64,000 bases of DNA from Prevotella sp. (GCA_045600325.1 JAZRXS010000086.1:16-64015), one strand, 5' to 3'; shown: positions 52,119 to 62,119, numbered from the stretch's first letter. The notes: a model not told the origin generated them from the sequence alone. Program-made: numbers and translations.

Positions 52119-52194
52119 GCTATGGAGGTGAGGTGCTTTTGCATCCCTTCTATAAGGAATTAGTGGCATAATGAAGGCACTCCACCTCCATAGC
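52119..52194. repeat. GGAG-type inverted repeat
   Basis: GCTATGGAGGTG...CACCTCCATAGC; related to 53695-53804. Confidence 0.65.
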
Positions 52195-52245
52195 AATAAC
52201 AGAACAAAATATAAACTAAATAAATACTTTTTAAATTAATTGCTT

Positions 52246-53508
52246 ATGAAAAAGTTTTTACTTTTTGCTTGTGCAGCTGTATTCTCACTTGCAGCAAGCG
52301 CACAGATTGCTGTTAACCCTAAAGTACAGGGTAAGGCAAGCCAGTTGAAGCAGACTCAGAAGATGTCTGTAAACCAGGAGAAGATGGAAAGCTCTGAACT
52401 CAGTGCTTCTACAATCCAGTTTGTTAAGAAGTTTGGCAAGAAGAAGGCAGCTGCAGGTGCAGACATGCTCGTTGGCAGCTATGTTGAGATGAGATATTAT
52501 TCATACGATGATGAGCCAGAGAACAGCCACTTCGAGACAGCTGCTGCTAATATCAAGGACACAACTGTTGTAATAGATGGTGAGCCATACGATTGTCTTT
52601 CTCTCCATATCTTTGATGAGTTTGCAGACGTTATTGGTGAGTACGATCCTGAAACAAAGAAGGTTTATATCCCTGCTCAGCTTTGTTATATAGACGAGGA
52701 GTACGGCTACGGCAAGATGGATTTGTATGGTGTAGGTGATGACGGCTATCTTTCTGATGATGCCATCACTTTCTCTTACGACGAGGAGGCAGGTACACTC
52801 ACTTTGGATCAGTACGGTTGGGCTATTTACATGTCAGATTATGCAAAGGCTAATCCACAGGATCAAAATCCATTCTGGGATATGGCACTTGGCCGTGAAG
52901 ACGCTCTTGCACCGGTAAATGGCTTTATGGAGTACACTGCAAAGGCTGTTGAGGATTGTGATATTTATGTAGAAGACCTTGGCGAGGAAGTAAATGTATT
53001 CAACTTCTGGGGAACAGGTTGTGTAAACATTATTGTCAATGAAGACTATTCTGTATCTATGCCAAACTCTCAGGTTGTAGGTCCTATGTATCTTCAGAAT
53101 GAAGCAGACTATGAGACTTATGGCCATTTCTTCCATGCTTATGCTTTGAATTCAGAAGGAAAAGTTTCTACTGACGCTGAGTATGCAGAAGGTTTTCTTG
53201 TAAACGTTGATTTCCAGACAGGCAAGTTGTCTTTGGCAAAGGTAGGCGAGCCAGCAAATGGTATTTATTTTAATTATTTGGCAAAGGCTTCTTTGTTTGA
53301 TGAAGACGGTTCTGGTTATGGTAGCATTATGAGTGGCAACATTATCGTATATCCTTATGGTTTCTCAGCATCAATGCCATCAGCTATCAAGAATGTAACA
53401 AGCAAGAACGCTGCTTCAAACGCTACTTTCAACCTCGCAGGTCAGCGCGTAAGCCAGAACTACAAGGGTGTAGTTGTTAAGGGCGGCAAGAAGATGCTCA
53501 TGAAGTAA
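52246..53508 (+). CDS. Acidic secreted hypothetical protein with T9SS-type C-terminal tail
   Basis: Signal peptide; ends SAIKNV...FNLAGQRV..YKGVVVKGGKKMLMK. Confidence 0.75.
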   Translation: MKKFLLFACAAVFSLAASAQIAVNPKVQGKASQLKQTQKMSVNQEKMESSELSASTIQFVKKFGKKKAAAGADMLVGSYVEMRYYSYDDEPENSHFETAAANIKDTTVVIDGEPYDCLSLHIFDEFADVIGEYDPETKKVYIPAQLCYIDEEYGYGKMDLYGVGDDGYLSDDAITFSYDEEAGTLTLDQYGWAIYMSDYAKANPQDQNPFWDMALGREDALAPVNGFMEYTAKAVEDCDIYVEDLGEEVNVFNFWGTGCVNIIVNEDYSVSMPNSQVVGPMYLQNEADYETYGHFFHAYALNSEGKVSTDAEYAEGFLVNVDFQTGKLSLAKVGEPANGIYFNYLAKASLFDEDGSGYGSIMSGNIIVYPYGFSASMPSAIKNVTSKNAASNATFNLAGQRVSQNYKGVVVKGGKKMLMK

Positions 53509-53623
53509 TTTATGGTTTCGCAAGCAGTGCTTGCGAAGGGTAAAGGCTAAAGGCTTTTGTTCGCTTCGCGAGGCTGAAGGCTAAAAGCTAAAGGCAAAAG
53601 GCTTTTATAGAAATAGAATAATT

Positions 53624-53656
53624 GCAGCGACTATTCATTTAGTCGCTGCTTTTTTT
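53624..53656 (+). terminator. Intrinsic terminator
   Basis: GCAGCGACTA-TTCATT-TAGTCGCTGC-TTTTTTT. Confidence 0.8.
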
Positions 53657-53694
53657 GTTTATTCGGAATAAAGTTTGTAATTTTGCCGCAAGAT

Positions 53695-53804
53695 ATGGAG
53701 GTGCGGTGCCCTCACCGTACCACATACTATTGGAAAACTTGGTATCCAGTGAAGATTAGAAAACTAATATTGCTAATGGTGTCGTGAGGGCACGACACCT
53801 CCAT
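53695..53804. repeat. GGAG-type REP-like doublet in a 5' UTR
   Basis: ATGGAGGTGCGGTGCCCTCAC...GTGAGGGCACGACACCTCCAT. Confidence 0.7.
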
Positions 53805-56289
53805 GATGAATATGATGAAATCAAATCTAACCCTTATCCTTGTATTGCTTGCGTCTTTGCTCGTATCTTCGGTAGCTTCAGCGCAGAAGATTGACCGCGA
53901 GGCACTTGTTGCACGCAACAATCCGCACGTCACAAAGCTTGACACTATGGCATCGCTCAATGTCGGTAATGGCAATTTCTCCTTCACTGCCGATGTCACA
54001 GGCTTGCAGTCATTCCCTGAACTCTACAAAAACGGTGTGCCACTTGGCACGATGAGCAACTGGGGCTGGCACAGTTTCCCTAACACAAAGAACCTCCGCC
54101 CTGAGGAAGACCTTGAAGAATACGACTTCGGTCATGGTCATAAGGAACTCTATGCCACACAGTTCAAGGTCGATAAGAATGCACCTCTTGCCGAGCAACA
54201 GCGAATGCAACGCAAGAACGATGCGGCAAACTATTTCCGCTCTAATCCGCATCGCCTTCATCTTGGCGTTCTTGGATTCGATTTTCCGAACAATCCATGG
54301 CGTTCTCGTGGCATAAAAGCAGTAAAGACCAATGTCGAAGAGATGGTAGGACCTGGTGAAGCTGTGGCTACAGCTGGCAAGGGAAACGACCCTCTCCGTC
54401 TCTCCCACAAGGGAGAGGGAAACCGTCCGGATGGCACTCTCCCCCTTGTGGGGGAGTTGGAGGGGGTCAACCAGACACTCAACATGATGACTGGCGAACT
54501 CAGCAGCAAGTTCCGCTATGCAGGCAAAGACTATGCCGTTAGTACCTATTGCAATCCTAAGGCTGATCAGGTAGTTGCGCATATCGTCAGCAAGGCTAAG
54601 ACACCGCTCTGCCTCCGTTTCCCATATCCTACAGGCGGTCATAGCGATGACGCTTGCGACTGGTCGGCTAACGACAAGCATTCTACCGTGGTTGTTTCGC
54701 AGACTGCAAATTCAGCTGTTTTGCAGCGAACAATTGATGAGACGACATATTTCGTAACTCTCACCTGGGACGGCAAGGCACAGTTTGCCGAGAAGTCCGC
54801 CAACTATTTCACGCTTACCCCAAAGCAGGATGATTGGAAAGTCTCGGTGATGTATAGCCCCACCCCAACCCTCCCCGAGCGGGGAGGGAGAGTTAAATAT
54901 GACTCAACCACTGACAACACCCGATCAAATACAAATTTAAATTCCTCCCCCCGTTCGGGGGGAGTCGGAGGGGGGCTCTTTGATGCTGTCGCAGCAAAGT
55001 CCGCTGACGTCTGGACAAAGTTCTGGCACAACACCGGCGTTGTGGATTTCTCCGACTGCACTGACCCTCGCGCACCAGAACTGGAGCGCCGCGTGATGCT
55101 TTCCGAATGGCTTCTCGCTACACAATGTGCCGGCAACACCCCTCCTCAGGAGACGGGACTTACATATAACTCATGGTTTGGCAAGTTCCACCTTGAGATG
55201 ATCTGGTGGCATCAGTCATGGCTTGCCCTCTATAACCATCCAAAGAAGGCTGCAAACACGCTGAAATGGTACGAGCAGGCAGAACCTATTGCCAAGGAAA
55301 TCGCTGAGCGTCAAGGATTCAAGGGCGTACGCTGGATGAAGATGACAGACCCATCTGCCACGGAAGCACCGTCAAAGGTGGGTAGTTTCCTTATCTGGCA
55401 GCAGCCACATTATATCTATCTTTCGGAACTTATCAAGCGCACGGCAAAAGCAAAAGGCATGACAGCCGACGACTTCAAGAACTATTCTTCGCCAGAAAAG
55501 ATGTCCGACCTTATCCAGAAGACAGCCGAGTTCATGGCAGACTTCGCCACAAAAGAATACATAGGCACAACCCTCCCCCCTATGGGGGAGTCGGAGGGGG
55601 TCCCTTACCGTTATGTCCTAAAAGGCGTCATCGCAGCACAGGAAACTCTCCGTGCTTCCGAAACCGTAAATCCACCGTTTGAGGTTGCCTACTGGAAGTT
55701 CGCTCTTGAACTTGCACAGAAAGACCGTGAGGAACGCGGCTTGCCACGCAACGAGAAGTGGGACGACATCATCAACCATCTCTCGCCACTAAAGGCAATT
55801 ACTGACGACAATGCCGGCGACGGAAGCATGCTCTACCTTGCTTCAGAGAATGCCCTCGACACCTATACTGATGAACGTTTCACCTCCGACCACATGGCTG
55901 TTCTTGGTGCTATCGGCATACTTCCTGACAGTCGCCTTGTGGACAAGGAGATAATGAGAAACACCTTCAACTGGATTTGGGACAACTGGCGTTGGGAGAA
56001 GACCTGGGGCTGGGATCATCCGATGACAGCCATGTGTGCAGCACGCCTCGGTATGCCGGAGAAAGCCGTTGGCGCACTCCTTATGCAGAAGCGCACGAAC
56101 ACATATCTTCCTAACGGTCACAACTACCAAGACCAGCGTCTGCGCTGCTATCTCCCTGGCAATGGCGGTCTGCTTACAGCCGTTGCCCTCATGTGTGCCG
56201 GCTGGGACGGTTGCACGGAAAAGAATCCAGGCTTCCCAAAGGACGGCAAGTGGAACGTGAAGTGGGAGAACATCTATCCGATGCCATAG
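53803..56289 (+). CDS. Six-hairpin glycosidase-like (GH65-like) protein with three in-frame REP inserts
   Basis: IDREALVARNNP, VGNGNFSFTADVTGLQ, PPQETGL..NSWFGKFHLEM, TWGWD, YLPGNGGLL; exact start among several Met codons and family assignment uncertain. Confidence 0.72.
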   Translation: MMNMMKSNLTLILVLLASLLVSSVASAQKIDREALVARNNPHVTKLDTMASLNVGNGNFSFTADVTGLQSFPELYKNGVPLGTMSNWGWHSFPNTKNLRPEEDLEEYDFGHGHKELYATQFKVDKNAPLAEQQRMQRKNDAANYFRSNPHRLHLGVLGFDFPNNPWRSRGIKAVKTNVEEMVGPGEAVATAGKGNDPLRLSHKGEGNRPDGTLPLVGELEGVNQTLNMMTGELSSKFRYAGKDYAVSTYCNPKADQVVAHIVSKAKTPLCLRFPYPTGGHSDDACDWSANDKHSTVVVSQTANSAVLQRTIDETTYFVTLTWDGKAQFAEKSANYFTLTPKQDDWKVSVMYSPTPTLPERGGRVKYDSTTDNTRSNTNLNSSPRSGGVGGGLFDAVAAKSADVWTKFWHNTGVVDFSDCTDPRAPELERRVMLSEWLLATQCAGNTPPQETGLTYNSWFGKFHLEMIWWHQSWLALYNHPKKAANTLKWYEQAEPIAKEIAERQGFKGVRWMKMTDPSATEAPSKVGSFLIWQQPHYIYLSELIKRTAKAKGMTADDFKNYSSPEKMSDLIQKTAEFMADFATKEYIGTTLPPMGESEGVPYRYVLKGVIAAQETLRASETVNPPFEVAYWKFALELAQKDREERGLPRNEKWDDIINHLSPLKAITDDNAGDGSMLYLASENALDTYTDERFTSDHMAVLGAIGILPDSRLVDKEIMRNTFNWIWDNWRWEKTWGWDHPMTAMCAARLGMPEKAVGALLMQKRTNTYLPNGHNYQDQRLRCYLPGNGGLLTAVALMCAGWDGCTEKNPGFPKDGKWNVKWENIYPMP

Positions 56290-56301
56290 ACGAGATAAAA
56301 A

Positions 56302-56532
56302 TGACAAAATAGTATCAGTCCCCTTTTGCTCTTTCATGGGCAAAAGGGGATTTTTGTATCTCGTTGAAAATAAAGACGTTAGGAGTGCCTTCAAAAACTC
56401 TATGAGTTTTGGGTAAAAAACGTGGGAGTTTTGGTGCAAAACCGTGGGAGTTTTTGGTCAAAAGTCATAGAGTTTTGATGCGTAACTCTATGACTTACGG
56501 TTTGGAACCTCGGGAATGACAAAATAGTATCA
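56302..56532 (+). repeat. ~231-bp DR-bounded element, copy C
   Basis: TGACAAAATAGTATCA at 56302 and 56517; units at 56394, 56416, 56438, 56460, 56482. Confidence 0.9.
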
Positions 56533-56789
56533 ATGTTTTCCTGCCAATTTTTGCAAAGTAGATGTGACATTTTTTTAAGTGTATCAATACAATTAATGAT
56601 TTTAATGAAAAGATTTTTTCTTTCTTTTCTAATTGCTTAATTTTGCAGCATGAATATAACTGACCCAGACAGAGTTCGCTTTGCGAGGCTGAAGGCTAAA
56701 GGCTAAAAGCTGAAGGCGAATCAAAAAAGGAAAGGGATGATTTCTCAATGATAGAATATAACCTAATTTTTATAAACTTAAACAAATCT

Positions 56790-59700
56790 ATGAACTTTAA
56801 AAACCAAATCAAAAGAGCGTTTATGCTGATTTGCGTCAGCATGATTGCTTTGGTATCTTACGCCCAGCAGCGCGTGTCGGGTGAAGTAAAGGATGCCAAT
56901 GGTGAGCCGCTTATTGGTGTATCGGTGCTGATCAAGGGTACTTCTCAAGGTGCAGTCACTGACATCGACGGCAAGTATTCAATTCCAAGCGTCAACAAGA
57001 ACGATGTGCTTACATTCTCTTACATCGGCTACACTTCGCAGGAAATCAAGGTTGGCTCTCAGAGCACAATCAACGTATCGCTTACTGACGACAACAAGGC
57101 CCTCGAAGAGGTTGTGGTTGTGGGTTACGGTACAATGAAGAAGAAGGACCTCACCGGTTCTGTGGCTTCTGTCAAGACAGAGGACATCGACAAGGTGGCA
57201 GGTGCAGACGCTCTCCAGGCAATGCAGGCAAAGGTTCCTGGTGTTGACCTCCAGCAGAGTGACGGTCAGGCAGGTGCCGGCGTAAGCATCACTCTCCGTG
57301 GTAACCGCTCTATCCTTGCTTCTAACAACCCTCTCATCCTCGTTGACGGTGTAGAGTACGGTTCAAGACTTGACATCCCTGCTTCAGAAATCGAGTCTAT
57401 GGACATCCTCAAGGACGCAGCTTCTACAGCTATCTACGGTACAAAGGGTGCCAACGGTGTAATCATCATCACTACAAAGCGCGGTCAGGCTGGCAAGACT
57501 CGCGTAGGCTTCAATGCTTACCTCTCTTTCAACAGCCCAACAAACGTTGTTAAGCCAATGTACGGCGACAAGGAAGTTCAGCGCCTCGTTGATGCAGCAA
57601 ACTACAAGACTGCACAGGCTAACGGCTGGGACTTCTCTACAGGCAATGCTACAGCTGAGAGCATTCTCGGTGGTGCTGTTCACTCTTACTCAGGTCTCAA
57701 CCTCTACAACGACATCGTTAAGGATGGTTCTTACACTGACTGGTTTGACCTCATCCTCCAGAACAGCGTTTCTCAGAACTACGAAGTTAACGTAAGCGGT
57801 GGTACTGCTAAGACTAACTTCAACGTAGCCATGTCTATGATGGACGCTAAGGGTATCATGAAGAACGACGTGTTCAAGCGTTATACAGGTCGTGCTAACA
57901 TTGACCACCAGGTAAACAAGATTGTTAAGATTGGTACTTCCCTCTCTTACACATTCCGCGACAACGACCGTCGTAACGGTAGCGTTTACGGTCTTGCCCA
58001 GAAGATGACAACCATCGCTCATCCATACGATGCTGAAGGCAATGTCATCCCTAAGCCAAGCTACTTCTACGATGCTCACGGTAACCCACTCCTCGACGAG
58101 GTAGAGGGTGCATTCCAGCACAACATCCAGACTTCACGCTTCTTCGGTAGCGCATACGTTCAGGTTAACCCTATCAAGGGCTTGAACCTCAAGAGCAACC
58201 TTACTCTCGACCGTACAGCTCAGCGTGATGGTACTTACAACGACATGAACAGCGTAGGTCGTTTCCAGACTCCTACTACTTCATACATCAGCCTCTTCAA
58301 CAACTACACTACAAAGTATGTATGGCAGAACACTGCTAACTACAACTTCAACGTAGGTGATGCTCACGACTTCACAGTTCTCCTCGGTCAGGAAATGACT
58401 CAGACCGTGAAGGAATCTAACGGTATTGAAGGCGACGCTGGTGCAGAACACTACTATCAGGGCGCATTCTATGACGTTTCAAAGATCGGTGCTCCAAAGG
58501 TGACTTCTTCTTACGTCAAGACTTCAATGATGTCTTACTTCGCTCGTCTCAACTACTCTTACCTTGGTCGTTACCTCCTCCAGGCTTCAGTACGTGCCGA
58601 TGGTTCTTCTGTACTTGCTGACGGTCACAAGTGGGGTTACTTCCCATCTGTAAGTGCTGGTTGGCGTATCTCTGAGGAAGAATGGATGGCAAGCACCAAG
58701 TCTTGGCTCGACAACTTGAAGCTCCGTGTATCTTGGGGTCTCTCTGGTAACGCAGCTATTGAGGCTTACCAGACTCTCGCTACAATCTCTGCCATCGTGC
58801 CAAACTCTGTAAACAAGGCTCCTATGACCCTTGCTAACACAAACCTCACATGGGAGAAGACTTCTGCATTCAACCTCGGTCTTGACTTCGGCTTCCTCAA
58901 CGGTCGTATCGGCGGTAGCATCGACTACTACATGACCAACACTTACGACCTTCTTTACTACATGACAGCTCCTGCTTCATCTGTTTACACATCTACAATC
59001 GGCAACGTTGGTGAGACAAAGGGTAACGGTCTTGAAATCGGCCTTAACGGTTCTCCAATCCGCACAAAGGATTTCTCTTGGGACATCAACGCTTCACTCA
59101 CAATGTCTAAGGACGAGGTTTCAAAGCTTCGTGACGGCGTAGATGAGGTGATCAGCGGTAGCGACATCCTCAAGGTAGGCGAGCCTGTAAGCGCTTACTA
59201 TCAGTATGAGGCTCAGAACTGTTGGGGTGTAGGTGAGTTCGACAAGTATGTTCAGGACAACTACACTGCACAGGGCAAGACATTCACTAAGCCTTACGAT
59301 GAGTACGGAAACCCTGGTACACTCCGCGTTGTTGACCAGAACGGTGACGGTGAAATCGATGATGCTGACAAGATCATCTACAACCGCTCTCCAAAGGCTA
59401 TCATCGGTATGACAAACTCATTCTCTTACAAGAACTTCGCTCTCTCTATCCAGATGATGGCTCGTCTTGGCGGTTACATGAACTACGGTGGTTACGGTCT
59501 CTACACTTACGACAACTCTAACTGGGGCGACCTCGACTACTGGACACCAGAGAACACTAACACTATCATCCCATCACCAGGTACTTCTTCTAAGGCAGGT
59601 GGTGAGTATCAGTCTGCTGTTCGTATGGTTGGCGCTGACTACTTCAAGATCAAGGATATCACACTCTCTTACAATTTCGACAAGAAACTCTTGAAGAAGG

Positions 59701-59846
59701 CATATATCCAGAACGCTAAGGTTTACTGCTCATTCAAGAACTTCATTACTACAGGCAAGATTAGCGGTTACGACTCAGAGCGTGGTGGTTCTGTAAACTT
59801 CCCACTCTCAAAGCAGGTTGTTGTTGGTCTTAACGTAACATTCTAA
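56790..59846 (+). CDS. SusC/RagA TonB-dependent transporter
   Basis: LEEVVVVGYG, DLTGSV, LKDAASTAIYG, LTWEKT, C-terminal NVTF. Confidence 0.95.
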   Translation: MNFKNQIKRAFMLICVSMIALVSYAQQRVSGEVKDANGEPLIGVSVLIKGTSQGAVTDIDGKYSIPSVNKNDVLTFSYIGYTSQEIKVGSQSTINVSLTDDNKALEEVVVVGYGTMKKKDLTGSVASVKTEDIDKVAGADALQAMQAKVPGVDLQQSDGQAGAGVSITLRGNRSILASNNPLILVDGVEYGSRLDIPASEIESMDILKDAASTAIYGTKGANGVIIITTKRGQAGKTRVGFNAYLSFNSPTNVVKPMYGDKEVQRLVDAANYKTAQANGWDFSTGNATAESILGGAVHSYSGLNLYNDIVKDGSYTDWFDLILQNSVSQNYEVNVSGGTAKTNFNVAMSMMDAKGIMKNDVFKRYTGRANIDHQVNKIVKIGTSLSYTFRDNDRRNGSVYGLAQKMTTIAHPYDAEGNVIPKPSYFYDAHGNPLLDEVEGAFQHNIQTSRFFGSAYVQVNPIKGLNLKSNLTLDRTAQRDGTYNDMNSVGRFQTPTTSYISLFNNYTTKYVWQNTANYNFNVGDAHDFTVLLGQEMTQTVKESNGIEGDAGAEHYYQGAFYDVSKIGAPKVTSSYVKTSMMSYFARLNYSYLGRYLLQASVRADGSSVLADGHKWGYFPSVSAGWRISEEEWMASTKSWLDNLKLRVSWGLSGNAAIEAYQTLATISAIVPNSVNKAPMTLANTNLTWEKTSAFNLGLDFGFLNGRIGGSIDYYMTNTYDLLYYMTAPASSVYTSTIGNVGETKGNGLEIGLNGSPIRTKDFSWDINASLTMSKDEVSKLRDGVDEVISGSDILKVGEPVSAYYQYEAQNCWGVGEFDKYVQDNYTAQGKTFTKPYDEYGNPGTLRVVDQNGDGEIDDADKIIYNRSPKAIIGMTNSFSYKNFALSIQMMARLGGYMNYGGYGLYTYDNSNWGDLDYWTPENTNTIIPSPGTSSKAGGEYQSAVRMVGADYFKIKDITLSYNFDKKLLKKAYIQNAKVYCSFKNFITTGKISGYDSERGGSVNFPLSKQVVVGLNVTF

Positions 59847-59866
59847 AAATAAGGAGGATGATTAAC

Positions 59867-62026
59867 ATGAAAAAATTATTAAGCATATTCTTCGCCGCTA
59901 CTGCTATGGTGGGTGGCATGACTTCCTGCTCTGACTTCCTCGAAGAGGACAACAAGACAGGTGAAACAGCAGACCTCGCTTACCAGACCGTTGCAGGTAT
60001 CGACGGACTCGTAAACTCTGCTTACGCATACACTCGTGGCTGGTGGGGTAAGGAACCTTCGCTCGGTCTCGCTGAGATGGGTTCTGACCTCTTCTACTAT
60101 GGCTACGACAACAAGCAGAAGTCTCTCTGCTCTTACGACATCTCTGCTGAGTGCTACGGCTTCGGCTCTACGTCTGGTACCAACGCCGTAAACGACAACC
60201 ACTGTCTCGACCAGTACTGGGAGCTCTTCTACGCTGGTATCGATGTATGTAACAACACTATCAAGTACGTTCCTGAATGTACAGCTATTACTAAGGAGAA
60301 GCAGGACGCTTACCTCGGCGATGCTTACTTCCTCCGTGCGCTCTACTACTCACAGATGGTAGCTCTCTGGGGACCTGTCCCTTACAACTCAGAGGCATTC
60401 TCTGCTACTAACAGTTCGCCTGTACGTGTGCCAGAGGCTCAGGTTTACAAGAATATCCTTGACGACCTCAAGATGGCTATGGACAAGTTCAAGGCTGGCA
60501 ATGTTACAAAGGCTGCTCAGGCTACTGGTCTCGGCCGTGCTACATACTATTCTGCTGAAGCTCTCTATGCTCGTGTAGCTCTCTACGCTGCTTCATGGCT
60601 CGGCGCTAACTCAGTGGAAGGTTATGGCAACCTCTATGATGTGGCTAAGACTGCTGCTGCAGACGTTATCGCAAACTCTGGTGCTTCTCTCTACGACCGT
60701 TACACTGACACATGGAACCTCAAGAATGAGGAGGCTAACGTAAACAAGGAGAACCTCTTCGCTACTCACTACGGACAGAACGTAAGCGGTGATACTGAAA
60801 ACTGCGTTCCTTACCGTTTCGCTGATGCTGGCAAGGGCAACTTCAACTCTCTCCTCACTCGTACTGGTTACAGCCGTGGTGGTTCTGCCATGCTCCTCAT
60901 GTTCGTTTCTCTCTGGAACAATGGTGCTGCTGACCTCGGTGGTTCTGGCAACAAGAACACTTGTATCTTCCAGCGTGTCACAACAGCTGCTACAGGTCTC
61001 ATGCCTTCTAAGAAGACTGGTGCAAACATCGATTGCGCTAAGTACTACTCTCCATACGGACGTGGCTTCACTCGCTATGTACCTTCTCTCTACCTCTGGT
61101 CTGAGCTCGACAAGATCAAGAACACTGACCAGCGTTACAACGGTACAATGCTCTGCGAGTACAACTGCCCAGCAGACCTCGCTAACAATGCTGCAAACTA
61201 TCCAAAGATGGGCGAGCAGGTTGAGAAGTCATACGACGAGGCATACAAGGAAGATGGCAACTACTTCAATGGTGGTGTTCACGCTATCGTTTACGCTATG
61301 ATGGACGGTAACTCTCCTGAAGGTCAGGCTCTCCAGGCAGAGGCTAAGGACAAGTATCGTCTCCAGTTCGCTTTCGGTGGTGACATCCCTGTTTACACTA
61401 CTGGCGACATGGCTACTGCTCTTCCTACAGAAGGTGGCAAGGCTACATCTTCAGTATATGGTGACATCCGTTACAGCGATGCTAAGATTGAGGGTCGTCG
61501 TTCATACCCAGGTATCAAGAAGTTCCTTGACGATCAGGTTGACGAGGTTTACTCAAGCCTTACTTACGACATCTCTCCTCGCGACATCATGGTTCTCCGT
61601 CTCGCTGAGATGTACCTCATCAAGGCAGAGGCTGAGATGGCTACAAGCGACAAGAATGCCATGAACACTCTCAACGAGCTCCGTGCTAAGCGTGCTATCG
61701 CTGGTGCAGACAACTCTATCCAGAAGGTTTATGGTGAGACAGAGGTTACTATCGATGCTATCCTCCGTGAGCGTGCTCTCGAACTCTGTGGTGAGTTCCA
61801 GCGTTGGTTCGACCTCAAGCGTACACACAAGCTCATCGAATACGTTACGACTCGTAACGCTCAGGCTTCAAAGAACATCGCCCTCAAGCACTACTATCGT
61901 CCAATCCCTGTTACAGAGTTCGAGTCTGTACAGAACCGCGGTGACGAACCTGTTCAGCAGGATGCAAACGGTGTGATGTTGTACAACCAGGCAGCCACTA
62001 CATTCTGGCAGAACCCTGGATATTAA
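59867..62026 (+). CDS. SusD/RagB lipoprotein
   Basis: Lipobox MTSC, DAYFLRA, RLAEMYLIKAEA, ERALELCGE..RWFDLKR, QNPGY. Confidence 0.93.
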   Translation: MKKLLSIFFAATAMVGGMTSCSDFLEEDNKTGETADLAYQTVAGIDGLVNSAYAYTRGWWGKEPSLGLAEMGSDLFYYGYDNKQKSLCSYDISAECYGFGSTSGTNAVNDNHCLDQYWELFYAGIDVCNNTIKYVPECTAITKEKQDAYLGDAYFLRALYYSQMVALWGPVPYNSEAFSATNSSPVRVPEAQVYKNILDDLKMAMDKFKAGNVTKAAQATGLGRATYYSAEALYARVALYAASWLGANSVEGYGNLYDVAKTAAADVIANSGASLYDRYTDTWNLKNEEANVNKENLFATHYGQNVSGDTENCVPYRFADAGKGNFNSLLTRTGYSRGGSAMLLMFVSLWNNGAADLGGSGNKNTCIFQRVTTAATGLMPSKKTGANIDCAKYYSPYGRGFTRYVPSLYLWSELDKIKNTDQRYNGTMLCEYNCPADLANNAANYPKMGEQVEKSYDEAYKEDGNYFNGGVHAIVYAMMDGNSPEGQALQAEAKDKYRLQFAFGGDIPVYTTGDMATALPTEGGKATSSVYGDIRYSDAKIEGRRSYPGIKKFLDDQVDEVYSSLTYDISPRDIMVLRLAEMYLIKAEAEMATSDKNAMNTLNELRAKRAIAGADNSIQKVYGETEVTIDAILRERALELCGEFQRWFDLKRTHKLIEYVTTRNAQASKNIALKHYYRPIPVTEFESVQNRGDEPVQQDANGVMLYNQAATTFWQNPGY

Positions 62027-62067
62027 TCCGCATGAACGAGGGAAAGAATTTCCCGAGTAAGCACAAT

Positions 62068-62119
62068 AAAAAAGGAGCGCAGACATCTGTTTCAAAGGTG
62101 TCTGCGCTCCTTGCTTTTT
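62068..62119. terminator. Bidirectional intrinsic terminator
   Basis: AAGGAGCGCAGACA...TGTCTGCGCTCCTT. Confidence 0.75.

Noticed and set aside
56394..56498. CRISPR array in the 22/23-bp periodic elements
   Set aside because: Units are degenerate with only ~5-bp linkers, no ~30-nt unique spacers and no cas genes
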